55,100 bases of DNA from an uncultured virus (IMG/VR IMGVR_UViG_3300037189_011323). Lineage: Duplodnaviria; Heunggongvirae; Uroviricota; Caudoviricetes. A program made the position numbers and the translations under genes. The DNA lies in the IMG/VR virus record IMGVR_UViG_3300037189_011323, positions 62,001 to 117,100 of that record; one strand, given 5' to 3'. The notes under the pieces are model-generated. The model was not told the DNA's origin, ran no database searches, and was given only the letters and a program-made list of their open reading frames with translations. Below are positions 16,422 to 26,149 of this stretch, piece after piece (position 1 is the first letter of the stretch; every line of letters starts with the position of its first letter).

Positions 16422-19084
16422 TAAATAAACTCAAATAAATTGGTAAAAGTATTGCTTATATTAGTTCTGTTAGTTATATCCCAACCTAACACACCAAGCA
16501 AGTTTTCTACTTTCTGACTTACAATTGTGTCTTCCATTTCATCACTATCAAATGGCATATCTTTAAACCATTGCGGAATACGTGTTTCATCTGTAGGATA
16601 ACCAATACTTGTTAATTTAAGTGGATTATCTTTTAGCTTACACACAATAGTTTTCATACCGTCAACGATTTCAATACTGCGAGTATCACCATGCATGCGA
16701 CGAAGATTATTCCAATTGAGAGCGGCACGAACGTGACCTGGCATATTAGCACGACCTTCACGGCGTTCTGCTTCACCATAGAATGTTAATTTATTAACAC
16801 GTTTTGGTGTTCCCTTTTCCCAACTTGGTAAGTTTTTAAACTTATATTTGAAATCACGAATTTCTTCAACAAGTGTTTCTTGGTCAACACCATCAAGTGT
16901 TTTTTTAAGAATGTCAGCAAGAAAGTCCTGAACAAGTTTTGGTGTATCACTGCGTTTTAAGTCTAAACCCATTGCTTTAAGTTTGCCAGATTTTCCTTCA
17001 ACATCGAGACGTTTGTTTTCAAGGTCATAAATCAATACTGCATATCGTTTCTTTGTAATAAACAAACCTTTACTTGCAACCAATTCACGACCACCCTTAA
17101 TGATTTCACCAAGTTCTGGTGTAGTATGAAATGCTTCATACATAAACTTTGGAAACGTAAGGTTAACTTGTTCACCAATACTGTCATAAAGTTGGACACA
17201 TATCTCTTTGTTCCACTCCATGCGACCAGCTTCAACATCATCTTTGATAACTGGCCATGCAGAGAAATAAACAGAGTCAGTATCACCATAGATTATTGCC
17301 TTACCAACATGGTCATGCTCACCAGTAATAAGTTGATTAACTGTAGCATCCATGTGCTTTGCAATCGTACGACCACATAGCGTAGTGCTTTGTCCAATAC
17401 GTTGGTCAAAGAAACGACAACCTGCGTTAAGAATAGCACCGTATAGACTGTTCAAGTTAATCTTTTTAACCAACTGACGTTTATCCCAGAAAGCAATTTC
17501 TTTTGGGTCTTTGGCTTCTTTCTTTTTAGCTTGCAATTCTTTACGTTCACTATACCAACGTTCAAGCAAACTTGGCACAACACCTTGGCGTTCAAGGTTA
17601 AAAATAGTTCCATTGGCACTTAATGCCCATGGAGCATAATTGTCAAAAATCATATCATAAATTTGTGCTGCACTGTAAACTTCACTACTACCATTTTCCC
17701 AATCAATGGTAATTTCTGTGCCAATTTCACGATTCATTACAGCAGTGTATTCTAATGTTGCAAACAAACCTTCCCATGCACCTGCAAATGATTTGCCTTC
17801 ATCTATGCGTTGTTTAAGTAGTGCTTCTGTCATAATAGGACGAAGTTGTCCAACGATGGTTTCTGGTCCCATATTGAGTGCACGAATAACGGATGGATAC
17901 AGTGAGTTAATATCAATAGCACCAATCCAATCATGCAATCCTTTCTTTGGATATGCAACATAAGCACCAGCAACCTGTGTATTGACTTCTTCTTCACGTG
18001 AACGGCGACTTGGAACCACTAACCCACGACGATGCGCTTCATTGATAATTGCCTGGTCTGTCACTGCAACAGCACCCATTGTAGTCTGCAACAACACGGT
18101 ATTATCATGCGCAATTTCGTTTGCCAAATCAAGAAAACGCAACTTTTTATCTAATTTGTTTAACAGTGCAACGTCCTGACGAGAATACTGAATAAAGGTT
18201 TCAAAGTCACGATTATATAACTGGTCAAGCGAACCTTCGTATGCTGTCTTGCGTTCATTGAGTTCGTATTCGCCAATAGCATCAAGGCTATAGGAATGGC
18301 GTTCTTCATAGGTATACTTGCGATATAGCACCATATAATCAAGATGAACACGACCTACCAAATCATAGGTATAACTGGTCTTGCCGTATTTTTCATATTC
18401 ACGTTCTTTAGGAAACTGATCCCATAAGCAGAAACGACGAGTATCGTCTTTGCTTAATACACGTGTAACACGATTAACGGTATATGGAATATCAAAACCT
18501 TCACTATTCCAACCACTTAACACATCTGCGTCATCAATAAGTTCAAGGAATGTAAGTAGTAATTCACGCTCACTTTCAAACATAAATGTGTTTTCAAATC
18601 GTGCGCCAATCTTATTAGCTTCATCTATGCTCATTCCCTTTGGTGGCATGGCAAGTGTAATAAGTTGGTCGAGCCAATCCAAATAGATTGTTATTGCAGT
18701 GATTCTGGTAAACGGGTCATCAGGAGTGCTGTAACCTTTTTGCGGATCAAAGTCCGTCTCAATATCGAAAAAGGCTGTTTGTAATTGTGGCGAATCTTTA
18801 CCAAGATAATTTTCAGCGAGACAACGAAAAATTGGGTTGAGGTCACTTTCAAATATACGTTTACCTTTTTTTACTCCGTTTAATTCACGGCGTAAATCTT
18901 TATTACTACGACAACTTACACGACGAACTGGGGTATCATAAATGCTGCGATGAGTGCCATTGTCATCTTCATAATAAAATTGATAGTTACAATTATACTC
19001 TTTATAAACACGTTTACCATCTACACGTTCAACAACATGAATGCGTTCTCGTGTTCTGTCATGGATGGCATCAACATAACTCAT
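16421..19084 (-). CDS. family B DNA polymerase (gp43-like)
   Basis: Exonuclease FFDIET and GWNSEGFDIPY; polymerase DINSLYPS, KINLNSLYG, YGDTDS, KKRY. Confidence 0.97.
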   Translation of the reverse strand: MSYVDAIHDRTRERIHVVERVDGKRVYKEYNCNYQFYYEDDNGTHRSIYDTPVRRVSCRSNKDLRRELNGVKKGKRIFESDLNPIFRCLAENYLGKDSPQLQTAFFDIETDFDPQKGYSTPDDPFTRITAITIYLDWLDQLITLAMPPKGMSIDEANKIGARFENTFMFESERELLLTFLELIDDADVLSGWNSEGFDIPYTVNRVTRVLSKDDTRRFCLWDQFPKEREYEKYGKTSYTYDLVGRVHLDYMVLYRKYTYEERHSYSLDAIGEYELNERKTAYEGSLDQLYNRDFETFIQYSRQDVALLNKLDKKLRFLDLANEIAHDNTVLLQTTMGAVAVTDQAIINEAHRRGLVVPSRRSREEEVNTQVAGAYVAYPKKGLHDWIGAIDINSLYPSVIRALNMGPETIVGQLRPIMTEALLKQRIDEGKSFAGAWEGLFATLEYTAVMNREIGTEITIDWENGSSEVYSAAQIYDMIFDNYAPWALSANGTIFNLERQGVVPSLLERWYSERKELQAKKKEAKDPKEIAFWDKRQLVKKINLNSLYGAILNAGCRFFDQRIGQSTTLCGRTIAKHMDATVNQLITGEHDHVGKAIIYGDTDSVYFSAWPVIKDDVEAGRMEWNKEICVQLYDSIGEQVNLTFPKFMYEAFHTTPELGEIIKGGRELVASKGLFITKKRYAVLIYDLENKRLDVEGKSGKLKAMGLDLKRSDTPKLVQDFLADILKKTLDGVDQETLVEEIRDFKYKFKNLPSWEKGTPKRVNKLTFYGEAERREGRANMPGHVRAALNWNNLRRMHGDTRSIEIVDGMKTIVCKLKDNPLKLTSIGYPTDETRIPQWFKDMPFDSDEMEDTIVSQKVENLLGVLGWDITNRTNISNTFTNLFEFI

Positions 19085-19116
19085 TTATTACCCCAGTCTG
19101 TGTATATTATAATTTA

Positions 19117-19383
19117 TTACTGTGAATCTTGCAAATTATCCGTAGATTGTAGGATACTTTCAATGATATCAAGTTCATCACGTGCCTTATCAAAGTCACG
19201 CTTCTGTGCCATCTTTACTGCTTTCTTAAGAAGATTTGGCTTAAGTTGCATTTCTTCTGCTACAGCGGCAATCGTATCATTAAGTCCACCAGTAAGTACT
19301 TCTACTTCGGTGGTTACGCTGATTGCTTCTGTAATAAGTTGTTTAAGTTTTGCACGTTCTTCATTGCTAAATGTTCTTGACAT
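19117..19383 (-). CDS. small dsDNA-binding protein (T4 DsbA/GapR-like)
   Basis: 88-aa helical protein, LNDTIAAVAEEMQLKPNLLKKAVKMA pattern; upstream of the polymerase. Confidence 0.55.
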   Translation of the reverse strand: MSRTFSNEERAKLKQLITEAISVTTEVEVLTGGLNDTIAAVAEEMQLKPNLLKKAVKMAQKRDFDKARDELDIIESILQSTDNLQDSQ

Positions 19384-19528
19384 GATTTAAGTCCTTTCAC
19401 TGTCTAATATATATAATCTTTAAAAATAAGTCAATATAATATGTTTTGTCGTCGTAGTGTCATAGTATACAACTTAAATATTTGCGTACCATGGTGGTAC
19501 ACAAAATTCAAACCAAAAGGAACAACCC

Positions 19529-20179
19529 ATGAGATTAGACGATTTGGCCACACGTTTAGTTGCTGTTGAAGCAAAAGTAGCAACACTAACAGGCACTACA
19601 GTTAATACAAATGCACCTACTACTACAGAAGAACTTGATGCTCGCCTTTCAGTAGTTGAAGCACAAGTTGACCACCTAATTGCTGCAAAGACCGCAGAAC
19701 ACATTGATGCTATCGTTGCAGCACCAGCAGACGCTGCACCAGTTGCAGTTGAAGATGTTGTTGCTCTCTCACCAAGTGCAGACGTTCCAGAAGCAGCAGC
19801 TATTGTAGCTGACGTTGTTGCAGATCAACATGAAGCAGATGCTATTGTTGATAGCGAAGTAGCAGTTATTATTGCAGCCGCTGTTTCAGCAGTTGTTAGC
19901 GCAGACCCAGAAGTTGTAACTGATCCAGTTGCTATCGCTGATGCTATCTCTGCAGCAGTTGCAGATGCACCAGCACCAACAACTCCAGAAGCAGTAGAAG
20001 CAGCAGTAGCAGCAGTTGCTGATATTATTGCAACTGCAACTGGCGTTGATGAAGTAGCACCAGAAGTTGTTGCAGCGGTTTCAGAAGCAGTTGCTACACC
20101 TGCTGACCCAGCACTTGATGCAATTGAAGTACGTCTTGGTACTGTTGAAACAAAGGTTGATTCACTTTTGGGAAACTAA
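19529..20179 (+). CDS. acidic Ala/Val/Pro-rich low-complexity protein
   Basis: AAGGA SD, TAAATA late motif at 19475-19480, own terminator; three RLxxVExxV motifs. Confidence 0.8.
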   Translation: MRLDDLATRLVAVEAKVATLTGTTVNTNAPTTTEELDARLSVVEAQVDHLIAAKTAEHIDAIVAAPADAAPVAVEDVVALSPSADVPEAAAIVADVVADQHEADAIVDSEVAVIIAAAVSAVVSADPEVVTDPVAIADAISAAVADAPAPTTPEAVEAAVAAVADIIATATGVDEVAPEVVAAVSEAVATPADPALDAIEVRLGTVETKVDSLLGN

Positions 20180-20221
20180 TAACCAACGCTCTGCGTTGGG
20201 TTAAAAAGTTTTTTTAATACG

Positions 20222-20248
20222 AAAGAGCCACTTCGGTGGCTCTTTTTT
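20222..20248. terminator. intrinsic terminator with UUCG tetraloop between convergent genes
   Basis: aaagagccac-ttcg-gtggctcttt followed by a T run. Confidence 0.9.
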
Positions 20249-20660
20249 ATTCTTCACCCTGTTTGTATAGGTTTAATAGTGTTTGGTATTGTTCATAAGC
20301 ATCCTTTAATGTAGGATACTTTTCTGTAAAGTATGGGTCATCTGCAATAATCATCATCTTATCTGCAATCATCATAACAGTTTTATACAATTTATCAAGA
20401 TTTATTTCATTATGATTAGTTTTAATAATTGCATCACCCTTATCTTGTGGCGTAATTTGCAATTCTTTGCTTGTTATTGCTACTGATGGAGTTATTGTAT
20501 TAAAATTGTATGATGAAGATGAACCAGTAGCAAGATACATTCCACTACCACCACCGCCTCCGCCGCCTATTGTGTTTATAGTAATAGAACCAGTAGGGGC
20601 ATTAGTTGGAAGTGTATAAGTGGTTCCTGATAATGGTATTTGAGTAATATTGGTGCTCAT
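20247..20660 (-). CDS. hypothetical protein with Gly/Ser/Thr-rich N-terminus
   Basis: C-terminal EKYPTLKDAYEQYQTLL motif. Confidence 0.7.
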   Translation of the reverse strand: MSTNITQIPLSGTTYTLPTNAPTGSITINTIGGGGGGGSGMYLATGSSSSYNFNTITPSVAITSKELQITPQDKGDAIIKTNHNEINLDKLYKTVMMIADKMMIIADDPYFTEKYPTLKDAYEQYQTLLNLYKQGEE

Positions 20661-20696
20661 TCTTTAATTTACTAATTTACATAGCTAAAGTCAATA

Positions 20697-21827
20697 TTAT
20701 TCTACTCTTCTTTCTATGTCACAAGTAATACAATGTAAACTACCTTCCCAAAAAACATCATTTGACCATTCAACATAGATTGCAGTAATACCATCGTTTT
20801 TTAAAACTGAATAAAAGTTCCTGTCATAAAACGGTAAAATTATTGTTTCTGGATTAATTGTTAAACAATTAACTTTTTTGTTATTTTTTTTAAAAAGAGG
20901 TTGCCACTTATGTAACCACAAACTTGGATCGTATTGTTCTTGCACAAAAGAAGATGGCAAGGTTTTAATCCACTCATTACTATTTTCTGGAACATATATT
21001 TTTTTAAAATAATTAGATAAAACGTTTTCTTTATTAAAAGAAATTATTGAATCAGAATTTAAAATACAAATTTCACTATCTAAATGTCCAATTGCATCAA
21101 CGTAAATTAATTCAATTCCCAAAAAGTTAAGCCAATTTTTCATCCATATTTTGCCTAATTCTGTTCCACTATATTTGCTAATAAAACACTTACTATTATG
21201 TTTTAAAATAGAAGCAGTGTGAAAATAATTTTTTGAATAATTTGAAATGTTATGTTTTATTAACCACTCCAATTTATTAAATGGATCAACTTTTTTTATA
21301 TTTTTAACAAAACTTTTTGCATGATTTATATTTTTTGGTGGAAAAATTCCTACCATTTTGAAATAATCATCATATGTTTTTAAAATATATTCAGGATTAA
21401 TTTCTACATCTTCTTGTAAATTTACCTCAGTTGAATTGACAATTAAATTACCATCCCTTAATAAATCATCACAAATTTTTTCTAGCCACAAATGTTGATA
21501 TCTACGTTCAACATAAGGTCCATACGTTGTAAAAAACATATTACCATAGACCATATAAAAATCACGCATGTTTATAAGTGGGTCATGATTTATTATTTCA
21601 ACACAATTATAATTTAACGGTTGCTTTGGTCGTAAAACTTTAACATTTAGTTGTTCTAAAATATTTTGAAAATTATTCAGTTCACGATTTGATTGTTCAA
21701 CAATACTAACAAAATCTTCTTGTTTTTTATCATCATACCTTGAAGGAATTTTATCATTTTCAAAAACAGAACCTAATATAACAGTTTTTAAACTATCATA
21801 TTCATTCCAACAGTGTATTTTGGTCAT
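20697..21827 (-). CDS. amidinotransferase (glycine amidinotransferase/pentein fold)
   Basis: WNEYDSLKTVILG, VKVLRP, MRD, GHLD, EGSLHCITCDIER (catalytic Cys). Confidence 0.8.
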   Translation of the reverse strand: MTKIHCWNEYDSLKTVILGSVFENDKIPSRYDDKKQEDFVSIVEQSNRELNNFQNILEQLNVKVLRPKQPLNYNCVEIINHDPLINMRDFYMVYGNMFFTTYGPYVERRYQHLWLEKICDDLLRDGNLIVNSTEVNLQEDVEINPEYILKTYDDYFKMVGIFPPKNINHAKSFVKNIKKVDPFNKLEWLIKHNISNYSKNYFHTASILKHNSKCFISKYSGTELGKIWMKNWLNFLGIELIYVDAIGHLDSEICILNSDSIISFNKENVLSNYFKKIYVPENSNEWIKTLPSSFVQEQYDPSLWLHKWQPLFKKNNKKVNCLTINPETIILPFYDRNFYSVLKNDGITAIYVEWSNDVFWEGSLHCITCDIERRVE

Positions 21828-21830
21828 AAA

Positions 21831-22184
21831 TTAAACGCTTTTTGGACGATTTTGACGGTCATGCTTTAATTTAGCAGCAAAGGCATCTGGGGTCAATTTA
21901 TATTTTGCAATAAAAGCATCATGTAAATCTTTTGGGTCAACTTGGAAAGCCACTGATATGTTTTGCATTAAATCATCAATGCTTGCATAATCTATTTGTT
22001 CCATATCATCTAATTGGCTTCCAAGACGTGCAACAGCACCCATCATATTCTTACCTTCTACACCTCTTACAACAGTGTCATACTTCCAACGTGCTGCCAT
22101 AAGACCACGTGCACCAGCACTTATAGGATTGCGTCCTTGAATCGTAGTGCTCATTGCTGCTTCAATAATTTCTTTAACTTTCAT
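21831..22184 (-). CDS. putative internal head protein
   Basis: N-terminal MKVKEIIEA capsid-targeting-like leader. Confidence 0.55.
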   Translation of the reverse strand: MKVKEIIEAAMSTTIQGRNPISAGARGLMAARWKYDTVVRGVEGKNMMGAVARLGSQLDDMEQIDYASIDDLMQNISVAFQVDPKDLHDAFIAKYKLTPDAFAAKLKHDRQNRPKSV

Positions 22185-23137
22185 TAGGTTGCCATAATTT
22201 TTTTAAGTAATGTGGGAGCAAATAAATTTTTAACTAATTCAGATTTGTAAATTTCAGAAGTCATTTCTTTAAATTTTTTCATTTCATCTACACCAAATTC
22301 AAAAAACCCACTGCATCTATTTTTGCTTTGCTCTACAAATTTTTCACTATCCTTAATAGTTTCTGTTCTTTCAATTAAAGCGGTTTTTTTAGCAGTTTCT
22401 TTAAATAATTTTTGATCATTTTCTGATAGTGAATTCCAAAAATCATTTGATATAACAATAGTTGTTAAAAACAAACTATGATTTGTATTTGTGATAAAAG
22501 GTGTTTTGTGTTTGACTTTATCAAATCTGACCAAAGTTGTTTCACCACCATCAAAATTAATATCTTTCATTCTTTCAAAGTGTGCGGATAAATCATCACC
22601 ATGTTCATCTAAAATCGCATTTGCTCCTAAAATATCATAAACCTTTTTTGTAATTGGGCTTTCTGAACAACTAACTGTTTTACCCTTAATATCATCTATT
22701 TTTTTTAAAGGTTGATTACTTACCATGATACGGAATCCACCGCTGTAAGTAAAAGCTAATCCTCTCATTGCAGTATTTTTACCTAATAATTCTAAAAGAT
22801 TTTCTCCTATAGAACCATCAAGAACTCTGGAAGCATGGTCATGGTCTTGAAACAAAAATGGCATATCAAATATATAAAAGTTATTAAATTTTGAACCTAT
22901 TGCCGTAGTTTGAAACTGTGCCATTTGAAATTTGTTGTCACGTAATGATTTATAAAAACTTGCACTATGATTATAACTAGGATTAGAAAAAAATTCTTTT
23001 CTAGTTAAAACTTCAATATTGATTCGTCCACTTGTCTCTTTTTCAATTATATTTTTAAAAGTATTTGCTGATCTTAAAAATAGATTAAGAGGTTCATGAG
23101 CAACAACCCAACGACAATTTATTGAAGTTTCAGTCAT
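22184..23137 (-). CDS. TRAP-transporter DctP-like solute-binding protein without signal peptide
   Basis: ETSGRINIEV, FDMPFLFQDHDHASRVLDG, GLAFTYSGGFR, TNHSLFLT, FWNSLS; TAAATA at 23155-23160. Confidence 0.8.
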   Translation of the reverse strand: MTETSINCRWVVAHEPLNLFLRSANTFKNIIEKETSGRINIEVLTRKEFFSNPSYNHSASFYKSLRDNKFQMAQFQTTAIGSKFNNFYIFDMPFLFQDHDHASRVLDGSIGENLLELLGKNTAMRGLAFTYSGGFRIMVSNQPLKKIDDIKGKTVSCSESPITKKVYDILGANAILDEHGDDLSAHFERMKDINFDGGETTLVRFDKVKHKTPFITNTNHSLFLTTIVISNDFWNSLSENDQKLFKETAKKTALIERTETIKDSEKFVEQSKNRCSGFFEFGVDEMKKFKEMTSEIYKSELVKNLFAPTLLKKIMAT

Positions 23138-23189
23138 AGTAATTCCTTTTTACCTATTTATGAATAAAAATATGAAATTATATGTTATC

Positions 23190-23597
23190 TTAAACTTTAC
23201 CACTTGGGTCCATAATAGGCGGTAGACCTAACTTATTGGTTTTATTACCAAATTTGGCGGCTTGACGCTGTGTTTCGCCAGGTTTTATATCAACTGTCAT
23301 GCTCATAGCATAACGTGGGTCTTTTGCCATCTTTTTATTGCCAGCAACTACGCCTACACCAGCAGATTCACGGTAAACTTTTTCGGCACCAACAGGGTTA
23401 ATCTTAAATCCCCACATCTTTAATTTATATAATAATTCTTCTTCATCTTGTGCAACAAAATCATATTTGTTTGTATAACCATAATAGGTTCCATTAGGAC
23501 GTTTTGTTACATATGCAGTTTCGCCTGTGCGTGGGTTATCATATACAGTGGCGTAAGTTGCTTCGTCTAACTGTGAGAATAATTCGTTTAATAACAT
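23190..23597 (-). CDS. putative internal head protein
   Basis: Start MLLNELFSQLDEA (TAATG overlap); internal YRESA site. Confidence 0.55.
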   Translation of the reverse strand: MLLNELFSQLDEATYATVYDNPRTGETAYVTKRPNGTYYGYTNKYDFVAQDEEELLYKLKMWGFKINPVGAEKVYRESAGVGVVAGNKKMAKDPRYAMSMTVDIKPGETQRQAAKFGNKTNKLGLPPIMDPSGKV

Positions 23598-24256
23598 TAC
23601 ATTAAGTCCCATTTTTTAAGAGACCATTTTTTAACCATATCACGTGATAAATTTACTTTGGTTGATATCTCTCTTGCTGTTAAACCTTCATTTTTTAACA
23701 TCTGAATAGAATCAAATTGTTCTTTCGTTAAACCACGACGAATCATCGCTCGTTTCTCTATAATTGATTTTTCCCACTTTACCCAAGGTTTTTTCTTACC
23801 TTTATGTGATTCTGATATTTTCTTTTTAGATTCTTCCGAATGAATTTTACCGTGCATTCTTGTATAATTTTTAGCAATGCCTTTTAATGCTCTACTTCTT
23901 TTTACATTTGACTCTTCTGACATAATTATGCCATTATTGCCATCGCCACCTTTTGTAGAATTATATCCATTTTTATAGGTATCAAATTTTTCTATAAGTT
24001 CTATTTCTTTTTGTTTAGCAACTTCTGCGGAATCAACCAATTCTAATAATTCTATCTTCCACACATCAGTTCCATACTTGTTTATAGCATTGTAAAATTT
24101 TCTATTGTCACGAATTTTTATAGCATCTTTCTTATGCTGTTCAAATCTTTCAAATATGGTATTACCAGTAAAACCAATATATGATTTACCATTTACATTA
24201 TTTGTAATTTTATAAACAGAATAGGTTTTTGCAATTACCATGCACGGCAACTCCAA
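23597..24256 (-). mobile_element. free-standing GIY-YIG homing endonuclease with NUMOD3 repeats and C-terminal HTH
   Basis: SVYKITN..NGKSYIG, RFEQH, GYNSTKGG, HGKIHSEESKKKISESHKGK. Confidence 0.85.
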
Positions 24257-25176
24257 TATCTTGCAGTTGTTCTATCTTTTGCTGTTTTGCAATTGTGTCT
24301 GGCTCTAAAAGACTTTCTGCGTTTTGGATTTGACCGCTTTATTCTCATTTTTTTGTCACCAAAATTTACTTTAATTACTTTGCCTGTTTTTGGATTTTTC
24401 ACGTACACTTTTTTCTTTTTAACATCGCCCTTCATAGGTTTGCCAAGTGGAACTTTACGACCATGATATTCTGCTTCTGCAACGAGTGATTCATGAAGTT
24501 CATCCATAAAGAAACGAACTTCTTTGTCGCCTTTGTTAAGAACAATATCATCATCGTCTTCGTCAATATCCCAACCCATGTTGCTTAACATTTTTACGGC
24601 TTGGGCATGCTTACCTTCATCACCATGCCACCACATCTTTGCCAAACGTTTTAGAGTTTGGTGATTATCTTGCATAGAAACTACTTCACCTTCTGCTACA
24701 CTACTTTTCTGTGCGATTGCACGTTCTGCAGCTTGGTTGATGTCCTCACGACTTGCGCTATATGGGCTTACATTTAGCGTGGTGATTTCTTCGTATGCAG
24801 GCGTCATTTCATCATCGGTTTTTACAACTTTTTTAAGAAGATGATAATTTGTCTTACGAACATCATCAGACTCATGACCACTTGTTGCAATAAAATAATC
24901 ATCACGATAATGCTTTACATAATTGTTGCCACCAAAATCACGTTCTCGCCAAAGTTTTGCTTCACCAAGATATTTGGTTTCAATTGCGCCTAAACTTTCT
25001 AATAAACCAAGTAATTTTTCATCACCAAGTAATGTAATACTTTCGTTATCCATTTCCATAATTTCAGTATCTACTTGTAGAATATTACTGAACTCAAGAT
25101 AGACACCATCACCAATGGTTGGACGATCTTCGCTTATGGCTGTAAGTTTTTCAATTAGGGAACGCATATCACTCAT
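24235..25176 (-). CDS. putative head-associated modular protein
   Basis: Leader MSDMRSLIEKLTAISE; internal LGEA, VAEG, LHES, AEAE; basic C-terminal VNFGD...RRKSFRARHNC...ARYWSC domain. Confidence 0.7.
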   Translation of the reverse strand: MSDMRSLIEKLTAISEDRPTIGDGVYLEFSNILQVDTEIMEMDNESITLLGDEKLLGLLESLGAIETKYLGEAKLWRERDFGGNNYVKHYRDDYFIATSGHESDDVRKTNYHLLKKVVKTDDEMTPAYEEITTLNVSPYSASREDINQAAERAIAQKSSVAEGEVVSMQDNHQTLKRLAKMWWHGDEGKHAQAVKMLSNMGWDIDEDDDDIVLNKGDKEVRFFMDELHESLVAEAEYHGRKVPLGKPMKGDVKKKKVYVKNPKTGKVIKVNFGDKKMRIKRSNPKRRKSFRARHNCKTAKDRTTARYWSCRAW

Positions 25177-25198
25177 GTTAAAAATCCTGATATGTTAT

Positions 25199-26149
25199 TT
25201 ATTTTGCTTTGGTGCTTACACGAATTGGTGCTTTACCTGTTCCGCCAGTATCTTTACCACCACGACCTGCTGCATTTTGTGCTTTACGTTTACGAGTAAC
25301 TGCACTGCGTTTTTGTGCCGCACTCATTTTACGTGCTTTGGCTGCTGGTACACATTTTGCATAGCCACTCTTGCTGCCGCTTGTTCCGCATGGTGGATGC
25401 TTACCGCCAACCTTCTTGCCAATATTAACCCACTTGTCTTTAAACCACTTGTGTAGATTGCCCTTGGCTTCTGGTAATACAAGATTTCCGCAATGAATAC
25501 AATAATCAACTTGTTCAAGTAGCACACTCTCGGTAATTGGATCACATGTAAGTTCTGTGCTTTCTAAGGTCATTTCCATAGCGATTTTTTTCTTATATAC
25601 GTATAGTTTGTAACCTGAAGCATCATCGCTAAAAATCTTTTTCTGTTGGACTGGATCAGTTACAGCCTTAAAACCCATCTGCTCAAAGAATTTTGCTGCC
25701 CTATCATATAACTTGATTCTGCTTGGTTCGTTTGATTTTGCACCCATGACAATTACTTCAGTTTTAGGATGTCTTGCAATAAAGTGATTCAAACAATAGG
25801 CAACGCCATTGAATATTTTAAAAACAGTATCTCTTTCAGTGCCAGTTGCAGCATGGGTATCAGGTCTGCTCTGCGTTTTATTTTCAAATGCCAATACATA
25901 ATAATTTTCATTATATTCTTTAAATGTGACTTCAATTTTGGTTTTATTAACGGTGAAATCATAATCAGAACCGTAATTATCTGCATACACATCAAAATTT
26001 TCTGGCGCTTTGTTTACGTCGATAAATTCTTCAATTTCTTCGCTTTCGTTCTTGACGCAGTTTGGATACTTCTTTCCAAACATTGTTTTCATGCCTTCTT
26101 TATGATAGCCTTTCCAACATGCTTCGCCAAGAACATCTTCCATCTTCAT
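25199..26149 (-). CDS. putative head-associated modular protein
   Basis: Leader MKMEDVLGEA; CWKGY...PNCVK motif; CxxC; basic C-terminal KWFKDKW...KCVP domain. Confidence 0.7.
   Translation of the reverse strand: MKMEDVLGEACWKGYHKEGMKTMFGKKYPNCVKNESEEIEEFIDVNKAPENFDVYADNYGSDYDFTVNKTKIEVTFKEYNENYYVLAFENKTQSRPDTHAATGTERDTVFKIFNGVAYCLNHFIARHPKTEVIVMGAKSNEPSRIKLYDRAAKFFEQMGFKAVTDPVQQKKIFSDDASGYKLYVYKKKIAMEMTLESTELTCDPITESVLLEQVDYCIHCGNLVLPEAKGNLHKWFKDKWVNIGKKVGGKHPPCGTSGSKSGYAKCVPAAKARKMSAAQKRSAVTRKRKAQNAAGRGGKDTGGTGKAPIRVSTKAK

Noticed and set aside
16421..19084. Intron or intein in DNA polymerase or thyA
   Set aside because: Both ORFs are continuous, of normal length, and lack intein or splice signatures; both endonucleases in the window are intergenic.
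19474..19704. 76-aa minus-strand ORF
   Set aside because: Antisense to the 216-aa plus-strand gene, which has a promoter motif, SD and terminator.
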